A stretch of DNA of 64,000 nt from Octopus sinensis (Eukaryota): assembly GCF_006345805.1 (NCBI RefSeq), contig NC_043006.1, forward strand, positions 41,850,001 through 41,914,000, read 5' to 3'. The first letter of the stretch is position 1, and each line of letters opens with the position of its first letter. Made by a program: the position numbers and the translations under genes. The notes beneath the pieces were generated by a model that was not told the DNA's origin, ran no database searches, and saw only the letters and a list, made by a program, of their open reading frames with translations. This document shows, in pieces, positions 1-14,154 of this stretch.

Positions 1-121
1 GTTTTAACAATATCTAAGGTTACATCTTCTTTGAATGAATTCAAATCCCCAACTAAAAGACTTCTTTAGTTGAGGATTTAAATTCCTCAAAGGTAGATGT
101 AATCTTCGATATCGTTAAAAC
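1..121. repeat. Imperfect inverted repeat (~60-bp arms); may continue beyond the window edge
   Basis: The reverse complement of 1-60 (tcttttagttggggatttgaattcattcaaagaagatgtaaccttagatattgttaaaac) aligns with 62-121 (ttctttagttgaggatttaaattcctcaaaggtagatgtaatcttcgatatcgttaaaac). Confidence 0.85.
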
Positions 122-364
122 AAAAACCCTGGTGAGATACGACCCCTTACAGCTTAATTTTTTAACATCAGATTTAACCCGAAATGCTTTGAATTATGCA
201 TTACCGAGGAGCCAGAATCTGAACATATGTAAGTTTTTTGAGGCTTTTATTGTTTCTTAAAAATTTATATGTGTTTATATCTTAACAAACTACACTGCAC
301 ATGAATTAACTACACACCTCAACTCTCCATTTCCTTACATTATTAATTTTACCTATTTCATATA

Positions 365-456
365 ATAAACACTCACAACGCCCGGTCTGGGAATCGAAAC
401 CACGATCCTACGACCGCGAGTCCGCTGCCCTAACCTCTGGGCCATTGCGCCTCCAC
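365..456 (-). mobile_element. tRNA-derived SINE head, family C (3'-truncated)
   Basis: Minus strand reads gtggaggcgcaatggcccagaggttagggcagcggactcgcggtcgtaggatcgtggtttcgattcccagacc, with Pol III A/B boxes. Same head at 34307 and 47698. Confidence 0.85.
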
Positions 457-469
457 CTACTTCATATAT

Positions 470-512
470 ATTCATAATATATATATAATATATGTGTGTG
501 TGTGGGTATATG

Positions 513-587
<75 letters not shown>

Positions 588-729
588 GGTGTATATATAT
601 ATATATGTATATATGTATAATATATGTGATATATAATAGATATGTTAATATGTATATATATATATGTGTATATATATATCTATATATATGTATATATGTT
701 ATTATATATATATATATTATATATATATG

Positions 730-776
<47 letters not shown>

Positions 777-800
777 GTATATATGTATATATGTATATAT

Positions 801-831
<31 letters not shown>

Positions 832-843
832 GTATATATATAA

Positions 844-894
<51 letters not shown>

Positions 895-990
895 GTATGT
901 ATCATTCATATATACATGCACACGTATATTATATATATATATACGTATATTAACACGCATGAGTTGTATGTATGCATGTATGTATATATG
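470..990. repeat. (TA)n-rich microsatellite
   Basis: Degenerate TA/TG dinucleotide array; the YIYI ORFs here are artefacts. Confidence 0.95.
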
Positions 991-2111
991 AATTTATATA
1001 GATGCGAGTGGATGAACGAAGGGAAAAAATTATCACAACATAGAAGTATTTATTGATTGACTGGAGTTCTCGCTGGTCGGTTACTTTCAGCTCTGAAAAG
1101 GAGCCCCTCCTGTCTTTCCATTAATCATTACAGAAATTCTAATGAAATTCATATTTTTATCTCGAATATTCTTGTTTCTTTGACTTCTATTCGTCGATCT
1201 CTGTGTTGTAGTAAAAGTTTAGCAAAGCCTTATTTTGAATGATTACGTGTGCAGTTATGAAATTTCGTTCACTATTCAAAGTTCGTGAATATGTTTCATT
1301 GCTGGTGCAGCAACGAAGAAGGTGTCGTAAATTTCATTTCTGATGCAGCAAAGAAGACCACAAGGTGGCTTTGTATAAATTCAGCACACCGGTCGTTTGA
1401 TGTTACTTAGAAAAAAAAAACCTGAGATGTGATCAACTCCTGCTGTGTCAACCGGGCAATAACACCTGATACTGAAAGATCCGAAACCGCTTGAATCACC
1501 CAGAAACCAGAGACATCGCTGGTAATATGTCCAAGTGCATCGTGAGATGTATATTGGAACCGATATGGTCCCCGTCTTTACAAGCGCTATGATCTCCTGT
1601 GTATTTAATACTATGGCCGTGCCTCTATTGGTGTTATTCTCACCCTGATTGAGATTAAAAGTCGGTTTTTAAAATTGCCCTGCTTTGTGAACCCACGTTC
1701 ACAATCTTCCATTATATTCTCTAAATAACTCTATGGTTCTTCTTTTGACGAACCTTCATCTTCAGAATCTCCTCCTAGGTTCACTAAGTCCTCTTCTTTC
1801 TCCTGTTTCTCCTTCCCTTTCTTCTCCTCATTTCTTGTTCTTGAAATTCTTTTCCATTTCTTTTTTCTTATTAATTTTCATCACTTCTGCCTCTCTTTCA
1901 TCTTTTCTTTCACCTCTTCTTTCTTCCTTCCATATGAGATAACATATTAATTCCTCTACATCTCATGTCGATAGATTTATGTTCTTTGCTTGGTTTCTCG
2001 TTAGAATATTTCTTCCCTTGATTTTCTAACGGCTTGAAGGCTAATTGGCTGTTTCAGGCCTGTTTCATTGCTGGTTATTAGTCATCTTTTGGGTTCTGAC
2101 TGCCACTAATG

Positions 2112-2121
2112 TTTGCGTGTG

Positions 2122-2191
<70 letters not shown>

Positions 2192-2262
2192 TGTGTGTCT
2201 GTGTGTGTCTGTGTGTGTTAGTGCGTGTGTGCGTTTATATATGTGTTTGTGTGTGTGTGTGA
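2112..2262. repeat. (GT)n microsatellite
   Basis: Long GT run. Confidence 0.95.
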
Positions 2263-2420
2263 ATTTCTGCATATATAGATTTAAAGAAATCTAGTAAAGT
2301 ACCTGTCCTAATGGAAATAGATTCACGACAGGACGTGAAATGGAAGTTAAGATCCTTCATCACCAGGTGAATTAAGGGTCATGGGAGAATATTTCTATTT
2401 TTTTTTTTACTTCTAATTTG

Positions 2421-2803
2421 GCTGCTGTTTCCCAACCACATGGTCCCGGGGTCTATCCCACTGTGTGTCACTTTGGGCAAGTGCCTTCTACTCTAGCCTT
2501 GGGCCGACCAAAGCTTTGTGGGTCGATTTGGTAAATGGAAACAAAGAAGCCCGTCGTATATATAAAAATATGTGTGTGTGTCTGTGTTTCTCTCGTATAT
2601 ATAAAAATATGTGTGTGTGTCTGTGTTTCTCCCGCCACCATCACTTGACAACCGATGTTGGTGTATTTACGTCCCCGTAATTTAAAGGTTCGGCCTAAGA
2701 GAACGATAGAATAAGTACTAGGCTTATAAAGAATAAGTCCTGGGGTCGATTTGTTCTACTAAAGGCGATGCTCCAGCATGGCCACAGTCAAATAACTGAA
2801 ATA
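2421..2803 (+). mobile_element. CORE-like tRNA SINE, family B, with an internal ~38-bp tandem duplication
   Basis: ccaaccacatggtcccgggg...ttgggcaagtgccttctac...gaataagtactaggctt...gcatggccacagtcaaataactgaaa matches copies at 35158 and 39406. The ttgggcaagt motif resembles the CORE domain. Confidence 0.85.
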
Positions 2804-3274
2804 CACACACACACTCACATATATAATATATAAACATATATAGTATATATATACAGATTCTTATATATATCATTATATATATAGTAGGATTGCAATCGCA
2901 ACGATTACTGATCGTTACGTATATACGTGCATTTATAGATACATATACACATATATGTATGTGTTTCGTGTGTGTATGCATGTATACAGTAAAAAAAACA
3001 TTGGTGCAGGTTGAAGGTGAGAAGCGTGCTATAATATATTATTTCGGTAAATAGTTAAGAACTAATCGTGATATCGACGGGTGTAAAGTTGCTACTTATT
3101 CGTAATTCCAATAGCAATTCTTATCTATAAATTTTTAATGAATTAGAATTTTTAAAACGCGTAAACATTTGGAAATTACTCAAGAGATGTCAGTATTTAA
3201 TACACTGAGTGGCTGTAGCGGTTTGGCCTGTGACCAAGTTACAGATGTAAATATTATCTCTTAAGAACCCTCAA

Positions 3275-3487
3275 GGCGGCGAGCTGGCAGAATCGTTAGA
3301 ATGCTGGACGAAATGTTTACCAGTATTTCGCCCGTCGCTCCTTCTCAGTTCAAATTCCGCCGAGGTCGACTTTGCCCTTCATTGTTTCGGGATCGATAAA
3401 ATAAGTTCCAGTTGAACACGTGGGTCGATGCAATCGACTCATACCCTCTCCCAAAACTGCTGCCCTTGAGGCAAAATTTGAAGCCAT
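3275..3487 (+). mobile_element. tRNA-derived SINE, family A monomer
   Basis: ggcggcgagctggcagaatcgttag...gttcaaattccgccgaggtcgactttgccc...gataaaataag; recurs many times in the window. Confidence 0.85.
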
Positions 3488-3840
3488 TATCTCCTAAGAT
3501 TCTCACATAATTTTCATGGTTATACAACTTGCCGCTTTATCCACTTGTCTCAATATATGTATCCTTCCGCTGAAGTACCAGTTGAGACGTGTTGTCGATG
3601 TATGAATAGCCCTCTCCTCCGAAATTGCTGGCCTTGTGCATATTGTAGAAAGAGTTATTATTATTAGTAGGAATACACGTGAAAATTGCACATGCCACTT
3701 TGATGTACAATGTAAGACATAAACACCTTCTCACTCGGTGGGAATAATCCTTCATACTCTGTGGGAATAATCTTTTATTATAATCTTTCATGCTATATAC
3801 ACATGACAAGTCGACTACCTGGGCCGCAGTGATCACTTCC

Positions 3841-3958
3841 TACTTATTTTATCAAACCCAAAAGGATAAAGGGCAAAGTCGGCCTTAGCGGACTGAAAAC
3901 ATAAAGAAATGCCGCTAAGCATTTCGTCCTGCGTGGAAAAGATTCTGTTAGCTCACCA
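3841..3958 (-). mobile_element. Family A SINE fragment
   Basis: Reverse complement of the head and central domain (ggcaaagtcggcc...gccgctaagcatttcgtcc). Confidence 0.7.
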
Positions 3959-4549
3959 CTTTTCCTATCCGGTAACGACAACTTGCCATTTCCTTCATCA
4001 TCCTTTGATAGTTTCTTGGAAATTTTGTCTATTCTTCCCGGTTTTATCTTCTAGTCTGTTTTTTTTTTTCATTCGGGATTTTGCAAAATAATCTTGTCAT
4101 TCATCATTGGTCACTTTTACCCCGATATTTCATTAACAATTCTCATTCTTTCCATATTAACTTCAAATTCATCGTTCATCATATAAAACGTAACTCCATT
4201 TCTTGGAGTAATTTCATTCCTTTCCTCTAGTATTTATTATTATTTCCTATTTTTTCTCTTTGCGCTTACCTTAATCATACCTTGTTACAAATCTCTCGAT
4301 TCAATTCTCGCTGACGTGAAATGTGCTCTGATAAAATATGCTCTAAGATATGGCATCAGGCCTTTTCTTTGTTCATTTGCCGCTTAGACTCATGGGAGGT
4401 GCTACTTACCACATAATTCTGCCTCCTAGATTAAACTTCTGCAGTCTCTTCTTCACCAGTGAAGCAGGGGCTCTTTTAACAAAAATTTGCAAGTTTTTAA
4501 TAAAATTCAAGAAACCTTTAGGAGCTGACATGACGCCCACTGCAAAAGA

Positions 4550-5200
4550 TCATAACAACAACAACAACAACAACAACAACAATAATAATAGTGATGATAA
4601 TAATAATAATAATAACAACAATAATAATAATAAAATTAATTACAATAACTCTTTCTTTATTTGCCACCAGGGCCGAACACAAAACAGAGGACGATACACA
4701 GGCGAGGGATATTGAGGTTAAACGTGTAAACAGCCAACAACCACGATTAACAAAGATTAACAATATGCTTCCCCAGTAGGGGCTAGTTCCACTGTAAGGT
4801 GACCAAAGAGACCTCATGCACTTTGGACCCCTAAAAACCAAGGGCGCCTCAGGAAGGCATACTCTCTTCTCCTTTCCATCCAGCCTAGAGGCGCTCACTT
4901 AGAACAGGCCCATTCATGCAGGCCATTCTTTCCACATTCACCCACCTTTCAACGAACATACTGGGTGACAGTATTTCCCTCTCCAGCCTCACTTTTGTTT
5001 TCAGGTGGAACCTGAAAAAGTCAATGAGGTCTTGTCCAAAGAGGAAGGTACACGCCTTCAACCCTTTCAATCGCGTCCACCACACAACTTCTTTTGCCAA
5101 AGCCACTAGACAGAGCAAAAATAACTTGGCCTCCCTTCCCGACCGAAGGAAAGAAGCGGGGCGATCTCCAAAATGGACTCGGGCGATAGCCGGATCCGTC
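4550..5200 (-). mobile_element. 5'-truncated L1/Tx1-like LINE: ORF2 C-terminus, 3'UTR, AATAAA and (TTA/TTG)n tail
   Basis: ORF 4885-5232 contains LCLVALAKEVVWWTRLKGLK...FFRFHLKTKVRLERE...FVERW, typical of the L1-clade ORF2 end. It is homologous to the minus-strand translation at 58450-58650. Minus-strand aataaa precedes the simple-repeat tail. Confidence 0.75.
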
Positions 5201-5865
5201 GTACACGTGTCATAATAATAACGACAATACAATTGAAATTACACTCTTGCGAACAAACAAACAAAATTTATTGGCTGTCACTGAATCTGTTAAAGCTTTT
5301 TCAAACTATGTCAAGTTGTTAAATGAAAAAAAATAAAAAAGAGAAAAATGCCTTCTTTATTTGGTTTTCGGTTTTGTATAATCGTCATCAGCCTTGTAAA
5401 CAAACATTTGTAATGCAAACAATTTCTTCTGTCCAAAGTATAGTTGAACGTTAATATCATCCGTTATCTATTGTCATTCATTTGAAACCTCTTTCTTCTC
5501 TTTTGTTATTGTTATAGAAAGCGTATGTAATGTTTTAAAACAGGAAGTGTCACTTGTGAGGTTACAAAACTTTGCTATTGTTACCAATAATACTTTCGTT
5601 GAATAAAAGGGAGTCAGGGAATATGTATTGGAGCTTAAGCTTATTCCGTTACATTGTTCCAATGTCTCTGAAGAAATTGAGGTCCATCTCCAGAATGTTA
5701 ACGTTTTGTTTGTCATTGTTTATTCCGCATCCTTCCTAAATAAATATACTGTCGTCGAAACTTTTAGTTTTGACTACAAGCTAGTCAAACACACACACAC
5801 ACAGGCACACAAATACACAATCACTCATACATGACACAACCCCCCTCCACACACACACACGCTTG

Positions 5866-6045
5866 CGTTGCCGTGTGGTTACCAGTTTGTTTCTCAACCA
5901 CATGGTTCGAGGTTCACTCCCTCTGCGTGGCAACTTGGCAAGTGTTTTCTCCTATAGCCCCGAGCCGAAGAAAGCCCCGTGAGTAGATTTAGTCGATGGA
6001 AACTGAAAGAAGTCCGCTATGTTTCTGAGTATGTGTTTGTTCCCG
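5866..6045 (+). mobile_element. Family B SINE, 5' part
   Basis: gccgtgtggtt...caaccacatggttcgaggttcactccc...ttggcaagtg...gaaactgaaagaag. Confidence 0.75.
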
Positions 6046-6047
6046 TT

Positions 6048-7272
6048 TAGCGGCTTTACCTGAAGAGACTCGCTAATCTCCGAGTACGCATCCTGTCTAG
6101 TAATGTTACTTCAAGGATCCTTTGGAGTAACCCATTTAGAGTGCATGTATTCACGATAGCGCTCATTACTCAACATTTATGATTATAGGTGAGGGTAGGA
6201 ATGGAAACTAATCATTTAATGAGGCAAAAATCTAAATACCAAAAAAAAAACCGGTGTTGGTACGTTTACATAGCCGTAGCCTAGCTGTTCAGCAAACAAT
6301 AGCCAAATTAATAATTACCAGCTTTTAAAAGTGCAATGGAATCGATTGATTCAACTACACCCTTCAAGCTTGTGCCACATAACGATGGTCGAAAGCGACT
6401 GAAACAAGTAAACAATATAATACTCGCAGGAGTACTAATTTCTATTGGGTTTTTTTCTCGCACGAAAAGATACAAAAGATAGTCCCACTTAGCCATTGAT
6501 GCATTTAAGGCTGTATAGTAGTAACGCAAACTATGTATTTATTCAGAAATGTCCTTTCTTCAGGTTTTCAGATGTTCGATTAAAGAATGAAATCGCAGCT
6601 AACTGTAGCACCTCAACTCACATGTAGAACATAAGGATTTTTCAAATGTAGGAATATATTTAACTCACCAAGTTTCCATAAGCGAGATACAAAATTTCAT
6701 GGGTCGGATTTGGTGTGCCGTCTCGTTATATGTCTCTGTTAAGTATCGATCTAATTTTAGGTAAAATGTACACTTTGGTGTAAAACTAAGCATCTATCTA
6801 TCCATCCATTGTCACTACCTTCTATTCCTAGGAGGGTCAAAGACGTAGTCTCCTCAGACATCTTATCTATAGGGTTCTATCAGAAGCAACTGTCGTTACA
6901 ATTTCCTAATGTATTCGAAAACCTGATCAAGAGAGACAATGGATATTATCTAACTACGTTGTTCTTGGTCGAAAGGTTCAGATTCAATAATCTGTCTTGC
7001 GATCTTTCAAGTATCATTCTAATTATGTTTCTGTAATACCAGAGCTGTTCCCTCTCATTGCGGAGAAATAGCGGTTTCACCTAAGAGACTCGCTAATCTC
7101 CGAGTACGGATCCTGTCTAGTAATGTTACTTCAAGGATCCTTTGGAGTAACCCATTTAGAGTGCCTGTATTCACGAAAGTGCTCTTTTAGGCATTACTCA
7201 ACATTTATGATTATAGGTGAGGGTAGGCGTGGAAACTAATCATTTAATGAGGCAAAAATCTAAATACCAAAG
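6048..7272 (+). repeat. Direct repeat pair of ~200 bp (6048-6243 and 7069-7272)
   Basis: gagactcgctaatctccgagtacg...ggatcctttggagtaacccatttagagtg...gaggcaaaaatctaaatacc occurs twice, ~1020 bp apart. Confidence 0.85.
6830..7060 (-). mobile_element. Possible degenerate RTE-like LINE 3' fragment
   Basis: Minus-strand translation across stops and frameshifts gives QLWYYRNIIRMILE...FRPRTT*LDNI, resembling the RTE C-terminal GRPRTTWLDNI. Confidence 0.35.
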
Positions 7273-7820
7273 AAAAACTGAAACAATTGAAGAACACATC
7301 AATAACTGTAGAAAGTATAAATTTATGGAGACGTTCCCATTGATAATATGGTAAAGCAATATATTTTCCCTCACGCAACAGGAAATAATTATACTTGGCA
7401 TCCTGGCATAAAAATGCTAGTCTAATCTTAGTGGTTTACGATCTTAATAACTTTGTAGTTGTTAAATGAGCTTACGCCATCGAAAAATATAAATACATAT
7501 TGTTAGATCAACTTTTACATACATAACATTTCCCTTATACACTAACATGCACATTAACTTAAACATTAGCACCATATTTTCCTATACCCATACGCATGTT
7601 ATTATTTTTCATATGTATGATCCGTGTTTATGAGAGAGAGAAATAGAGGGTTTGTGTCTGTCTGTGTGTGACCCTTTTCATGTTTAGAGAGAAAATGTTA
7701 TAAACACTGCGAAATATGAATGCGACAGAATGCATATTTCCTGTGCAATATTTAAATATATACTTTTTACGTTATTCTAGTCGAAATTATATATATATTC
7801 ATTCTTTTATTCTCTTACAT

Positions 7821-8310
<490 letters not shown>

Positions 8311-8369
8311 GACGTAAGGCTGGTTTCCCGGAATCTGGAGCGTATATATATCCCCTACCCATAATCGAG

Positions 8370-8530
8370 AAGTACGTCCGTCTTAGGGTTACTCATTTTT
8401 GCTAGCTGAGGGAACTGGTACAATATGAAATGAAGTGCTTTGCTCAGTGACTGAATGCATTGCTCGGCCCACCATTCGAAACCGCAAACTTGTGATCATG
8501 AGTGCTTCACCATAATCAGTACACCGCGCG
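8370..8530 (-). mobile_element. Diverged tRNA-derived SINE (family F)
   Basis: Minus strand: gcgcggtgtactgattatggtgaagcactcatgatcacaagtttgcggtttcgaatggtggg...ctgagcaaagcacttcatttc, a tRNA-like head with a B-box. Confidence 0.5.
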
Positions 8531-8669
8531 CATCCATGTACATGTACACATGCTAGAATGTGTAAGCATTCATGTATATATTTGTATGTATATACATATA
8601 TATATATATATATATGTGTGTGTATATCTGTATATACATATGTATATATATGCATATACATATATATGC

Positions 8670-8762
<93 letters not shown>

Positions 8763-9861
8763 TACATGTGTGTATGTATGTACATACATATATATTGCTA
8801 TGCATGCACATATGTATGTATATCTGTATGTATGTGTTCGTGAGTATAGATTTGTGTATCTCGGTAAGAGGGGGAAAGCACGAGAAAGAGACAGGGCATG
8901 AGACATTTAGAAAGGACTACCTTTGAGAACGTGTGTATGTGTATATGTATATATGTGCGTATGTCTCTTCTTTAAACTATATTACCATATGTAAATGATT
9001 TAGTTTTTAGAACGTTATAAAAACCCGATCTCGAGTAAGTCTTCTCTACTCATCATTTATTAAAGATATTAAGAAGGGAAAAACAAAAGATATCAACATA
9101 GCGCCGATAAAATAACTTTGGTTAATAGGTTAAAGAAGAGAAAACCAGGAAGAAAATTATAATAGATAACCAGCTATTCATTTGAACAAGAAAACTATTT
9201 GCTATTGGTTTCGTTTATTTTTTAGGAGCCACATTAAGTCCTTTGACGAAAGTCATTATAATATTTTTTTTCAAACTACGTTGCATTGATCTAGCTTGTT
9301 ACATTCTTCTCCATCCACTCTTTCGTGCGGTTGAATCAACACTACCTTTTAGATTCATTCACTATAAATTATCTGACAGATTTGTTTAGAATTATATATC
9401 TTTTTTGTCTGTATTGTGTATGAACATATTATATGTAACCCCCATCCAATGATTTCACACTTTTAATTCTGGTTAAAATATCACAGAATCCATTAGGTTC
9501 TGTGGATCCTTACATTCCATATTGAGATTATTCTCTGTGATAAACTGTCAAAATAAATTGAATTTTCCTACCTAGCACTTTATTATGCCTTCTCCCATAA
9601 ATCCGTTTCTTGTTTTAATCTGATTTAATGCCATACACTTTACCAGACCAAATATATCATTTATATTTTTAGAAAGCGTCCTCCTTTCTATTCCTAAAAT
9701 CCTATGTTAAAATTGAGTTGGAACGAATTTTTTCAATACGTAATTTTATTCATATTTTAAAATCATTAACGGGTGAACTAATAAGTAGACTGTTTGCCAG
9801 AATGTAGTTTTGTCTCAGTAATTGTTTCTGAGATAAAAAATTGTTCTTGTTGATTTTCACA

Positions 9862-10480
9862 AAGGTGGCAAAACGACAGAAACGTTAGCACGCCGGGCAA
9901 AATACTTAGCGGTATTTCGTCTGCCGCTACGTTCTGAGTTCAAATTCCGCCGAGGTCGACTTTGCCTTTCATCCTTTAGGGGTCGATTAAATAAGTACCA
10001 GTTACGCACTGGGATCAATATAATCGACTTAATCCGATTGTCTGTCTTTGTTTGTACCCTCTGTGTTTAGTCCCTTGTGGGTAGTAAAAAAAAAAGGTAT
10101 TTCGTCTGCCACTACGTTCTGAGTTCAAATTCCGCCGAGGTCGACTTTGCCTTTCATCCTTTCGGGGTCGATTAAATAAGTACCAGTTACGCACTGGGGT
10201 CGATATAATCGACTTAATCCGTCTGTCCTTGTTTGTCCCCTCTGTGTGTAGCCCCTTCTGGGCAGTAAAGAAATAAGAATCGTTAGCACGCCGAACAAAA
10301 TGTCTAGCGGCATTTCGTCCGTCTTCACGTTCTGAGCTTAAATTCCGTCAAGATCGACTTTGCCTTTCATCCTCTTGGGGCTCATAAAATAAGTACGCGT
10401 TAAATACCGGAGTAGATGCAATCGACTTACCCTCCTCCTCCGAAATTGCTGGCCTTGTGTCAAAATTTGAAACTAATATT
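9862..10480 (+). mobile_element. Family A SINE multimer (dimer plus a third monomer)
   Basis: Three repeats of ttc/ttaaattccg...gtcgactttgcctttcatcc. The first junction, gggtagtaaa...ggtatttcgtctgcc, is shared with the 47770 and 52433 copies. Confidence 0.9.
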
Positions 10481-10529
10481 CCATTTCACAACTGTAGATG
10501 CAATACAATAAATCTAACATTTTATTTAG

Positions 10530-10725
10530 GCAAAAATATTAGTGCGACGGAAAAGTGCTTAGTGCTATTTCTTCTCGTTCTTTACAATTTGAATTCAAAT
10601 TCCATCGATGCCGGTTTTGCCTTTCAGCTTTTCAGGGTCGATAAAATAAGTACCAATTGAACATTGTAGTCGAGTTAACCCTTCTCCTAAAATTGATGGT
10701 TTTGTGCCCAATATTTGAAACTACT
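10530..10725 (+). mobile_element. Family A SINE, diverged
   Basis: ttcaaattccatcgatgccggttttgcctttcagcttttcagggtcgataaaataagtacc. Confidence 0.7.
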
Positions 10726-11223
10726 TTGTATCTCTTTTTGAAAATTGACTTTTTACGAGTCAGCAAGAGAGACACTATGCAATCGCACGCTCTCTTAGAA
10801 TGCACTTAAAAATGGAAGGTCATATCCAATGCAGTTCTAAATGTAACAGAAGAAAAAGACGACATAGCCTCTGAGAGAATGCATTCTTTTATAAGTTTGT
10901 TCCATCAAGACTGAACGCAGCCAAGTAACACAATTCTGGATTTCTGACAGCGAAATAATTACTGAAAAGTGAGACTATCAGAAATGAAAATATATAATAC
11001 ATTCTTTTTCAATGTTGATACAATAGTCACTCCTCTCATAGTAAACGTTAGTATTGTTGATTACTCAAACTACAACAATAATTAGTTACCTATACAGATA
11101 TGCTTCACACGTATTTGAATCTGTGGGAATGTGATTCAATGTTATTTGTAATGGAGAACAATTCTTGCAGTAAATAAATCTGTGTAAATACAGTAAGTCA
11201 GTTCGAGGCGCTCCCTACTCAGA

Positions 11224-11270
11224 TTGATGGATGCATGCGTTTCGGAGCAGTTAACTCCTTTTCAGCACAA
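11224..11270 (-). ncRNA. Degenerate minimal type-I hammerhead motif
   Basis: Minus strand: ttgtg-CTGAAAA-GGAG ttaactg CTCC-GAAA-CGCATGCA-TC-catcaa. Stem II is intact; G8 reads A. Confidence 0.5.
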
Positions 11271-12294
11271 GCATTGGAAAGGGAACTACTACGAACTGAC
11301 AACGGGAGACTACATCTCTCTCTTCTTATATTCTAATCAACATAAGGATTAGAAATGCTAAGCAGCGATGTGCACAAATATAAACTTGTAAGATCCACTA
11401 ATATCTTTGACAAACTCATTAAATTTACTCACTCAGATTACCCACGTTACTCGTAAAAGAATTATTCTGGCATTCATTGTGTATGACACATCACAGACAT
11501 AGGTGTGCAGCACGAAATATTAAATATTATAGTGAGAGACAATTCAAGGTCTTGGTTCAATAAACTGTCTAACCCCCACCAACCTAATGAATACGTTCAG
11601 ACGTAATCTGGTCTCATCATGCTTTGACTGTGTCTATTAAAATTTAATGATTGGTATTTACGCAGGGCGTTCATATATTTTATAAGTAGAATATAGATTT
11701 ACATTTTTCTTCCGTTATAGAAAGATATTGGAAATATTTAATATATGTAAGTACATTTATATCTTTATAACACTGTTTTTTTTTATTATGTGTTGTTTTT
11801 TTTTCTTATCCTGACTACGACGAGATTACAATCTCAGAATGATTTTGCTTTCCATCTTGTCAATCTCCATTTAACAAGTCACGTAATGGCGTTGGTTAAA
11901 GATTAGAGATATTAGCCGAAAAGCTTTACATTGAATATTGTAAAATTTATGTAACACGATCTCTTATGATAAATCTCACCAATCTTTATTGCAACATTGA
12001 TAACACACCAACTATGTTAATATCCTAAACTGTTACATTAAAAAAGGGATTGTATCGATTTTTAGAGACTTCATATTGCTTACTCCACTAAAAACAGACG
12101 TATTGACAATATTTTCCTCTCCCTCATTTTGTTACTGCATAGGACAAAATATCAAAGATAGATATTTGTGATACAATCTCATCCAAGGTTATGTGTATTT
12201 GTAGATAATATACAATATATATATTATATATTATATATATATATATATATCTATAAGATAATAATATCTATACATATATATATATATATATATC

Positions 12295-12335
<41 letters not shown>

Positions 12336-12599
12336 GGTCCCGGGTTGATTCGGGTTAACCACAGTAAATAAGGTACTCAATACATAGCAGAGTAAAATTA
12401 ATTTATTATATAAAAGAGCTCTACAGGACTAGAACTGTTTCATTCAAGAGAAATCTTCAGGAAGCTAGTTAACAAGAATTGTATTGGCATTTATACATTT
12501 AGGCAGGTTTAAAGGGGTGTTGGTGGGGGACTTTTTTGGGGTAGGCATAGCGCAAAAAATCATACTTGGGGGAGTGGTCAAGGAGTCAGTGTTAAATTA

Positions 12600-12642
12600 G
12601 ATAGGAGAATAAATAAAAAATAAAAAATAAAAAATAAAAAAT

Positions 12643-12673
<31 letters not shown>

Positions 12674-12860
12674 TAAAAAATAAAAAATAAAAAATAAAAA
12701 ATATAAAATATAAAAAATAAAAAATAAAAAATAAAAAATAGAAAATAAAAAATATAAAAAAATAAAAAATAAAAATAAAAATAAAAATAAAAAATAAAAA
12801 ATAAAAATATATATATATATATATTATATATATATATATAATATAATATATATATATATA
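12600..12860. repeat. (TAAAAA)n array followed by (TA)n
   Basis: Directly visible; a shorter inverted version lies at 15401-15430. Confidence 0.9.
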
Positions 12861-12899
12861 TAAAGGGGGGAATAGAGTTTTAGGTAAATAAGGAGATTC

Positions 12900-13986
12900 T
12901 CACTTATACCTTACACATACACACATATATATACAATCACACATACATATACACCAGAAAAATATATATATATACACATACACACACATCTACTCACATA
13001 CACACGCATACACACACATGCACACACAGCACACTAGTCCCTATATACAAATAATACACATACACACATATATATACCACCACACATACACATACATACA
13101 CATATTATACATACATACACATACATATACACATATATATACATACACATTATATATATATATATACACATGTATATACATATGTGTACCCATGCATACC
13201 TACACATACAACATAATATTAATACATATACAAATACAGACCCATTCCCTAATTTTAATTTTATTATCTTCGTTTATTACTTTGTTATCTTGGCCGCTTG
13301 GTCACAACATCTTGGCTATGACAGCCAGACCATTTATCCGTCTACTGGAAACAATTACTCATTCACTCACGCACACTCTTAGCACGTACACTCAATCTTC
13401 GTACACTCATACGCATACACGCACGCACGCGTTATATTCATACATACATACATCTACATACATTCACGTATATACACATACTTACGCGTACCTACAGATT
13501 CATGTCTACACTCTTAGAAGGCTAGTCTATACATATACACCAATAAATATAATACCACACACATACATGTAAACCTACATACAAATACATACATGTACAT
13601 ATATATATATATACATATATAATATATATTATATATACGCGTACCTACAGATTCATGTCTACACTCTTCGAAGCTAGTCTATACATATACACCCATAAGT
13701 ATAAATACACACACATACATACATGTACACTACATACAAATACATACAAGTACATATATACATACATATATATATATATATTACACATATATACATATAT
13801 ATATTCATACTAACATGCATACTCAAAAAATAAGTAAATAGTAAATATATATACGCGCAGTTATTCATACATGCATACTCAAAAAATAAATATTAGTATA
13901 TGTACGTGCAGTTACCTATTATATAGACGGATACATACATATAATAAACTTACACACATAGATATATATAATATATATATATACAT

Positions 13987-14034
<48 letters not shown>

Positions 14035-14106
14035 TACATACACACACATATATATATAATATATACATACACACATACCCTACATATACACATACACACA
14101 TACTCA

Positions 14107-14154
<48 letters not shown>

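Noticed and set aside
140-200. Minus-strand ctgatg...gctgtaagg as a hammerhead
   Set aside because: The core is incomplete and there is no GAAA.
1466-1495. cctgatactgaaagatccgaaaccg as a hammerhead
   Set aside because: The core does not fit CUGANGA, and stems I and III cannot be formed.
1300-1940. Charged E/K-rich minus-strand reading and a VTSNDR-like stretch as a transposase or exon
   Set aside because: It has multiple stops and frameshifts and no motif I can assign; purine-rich composition explains much of it.
4350-4550. Weak resemblance of the minus-strand translation to the end of a restriction-like endonuclease domain
   Set aside because: Only a few residues match; too weak to call.
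6058-6095. CTGAAGA-GACTCG...CGAGT hairpin as a hammerhead
   Set aside because: No GAAA follows the stem, and the second repeat copy lacks the CTGA.
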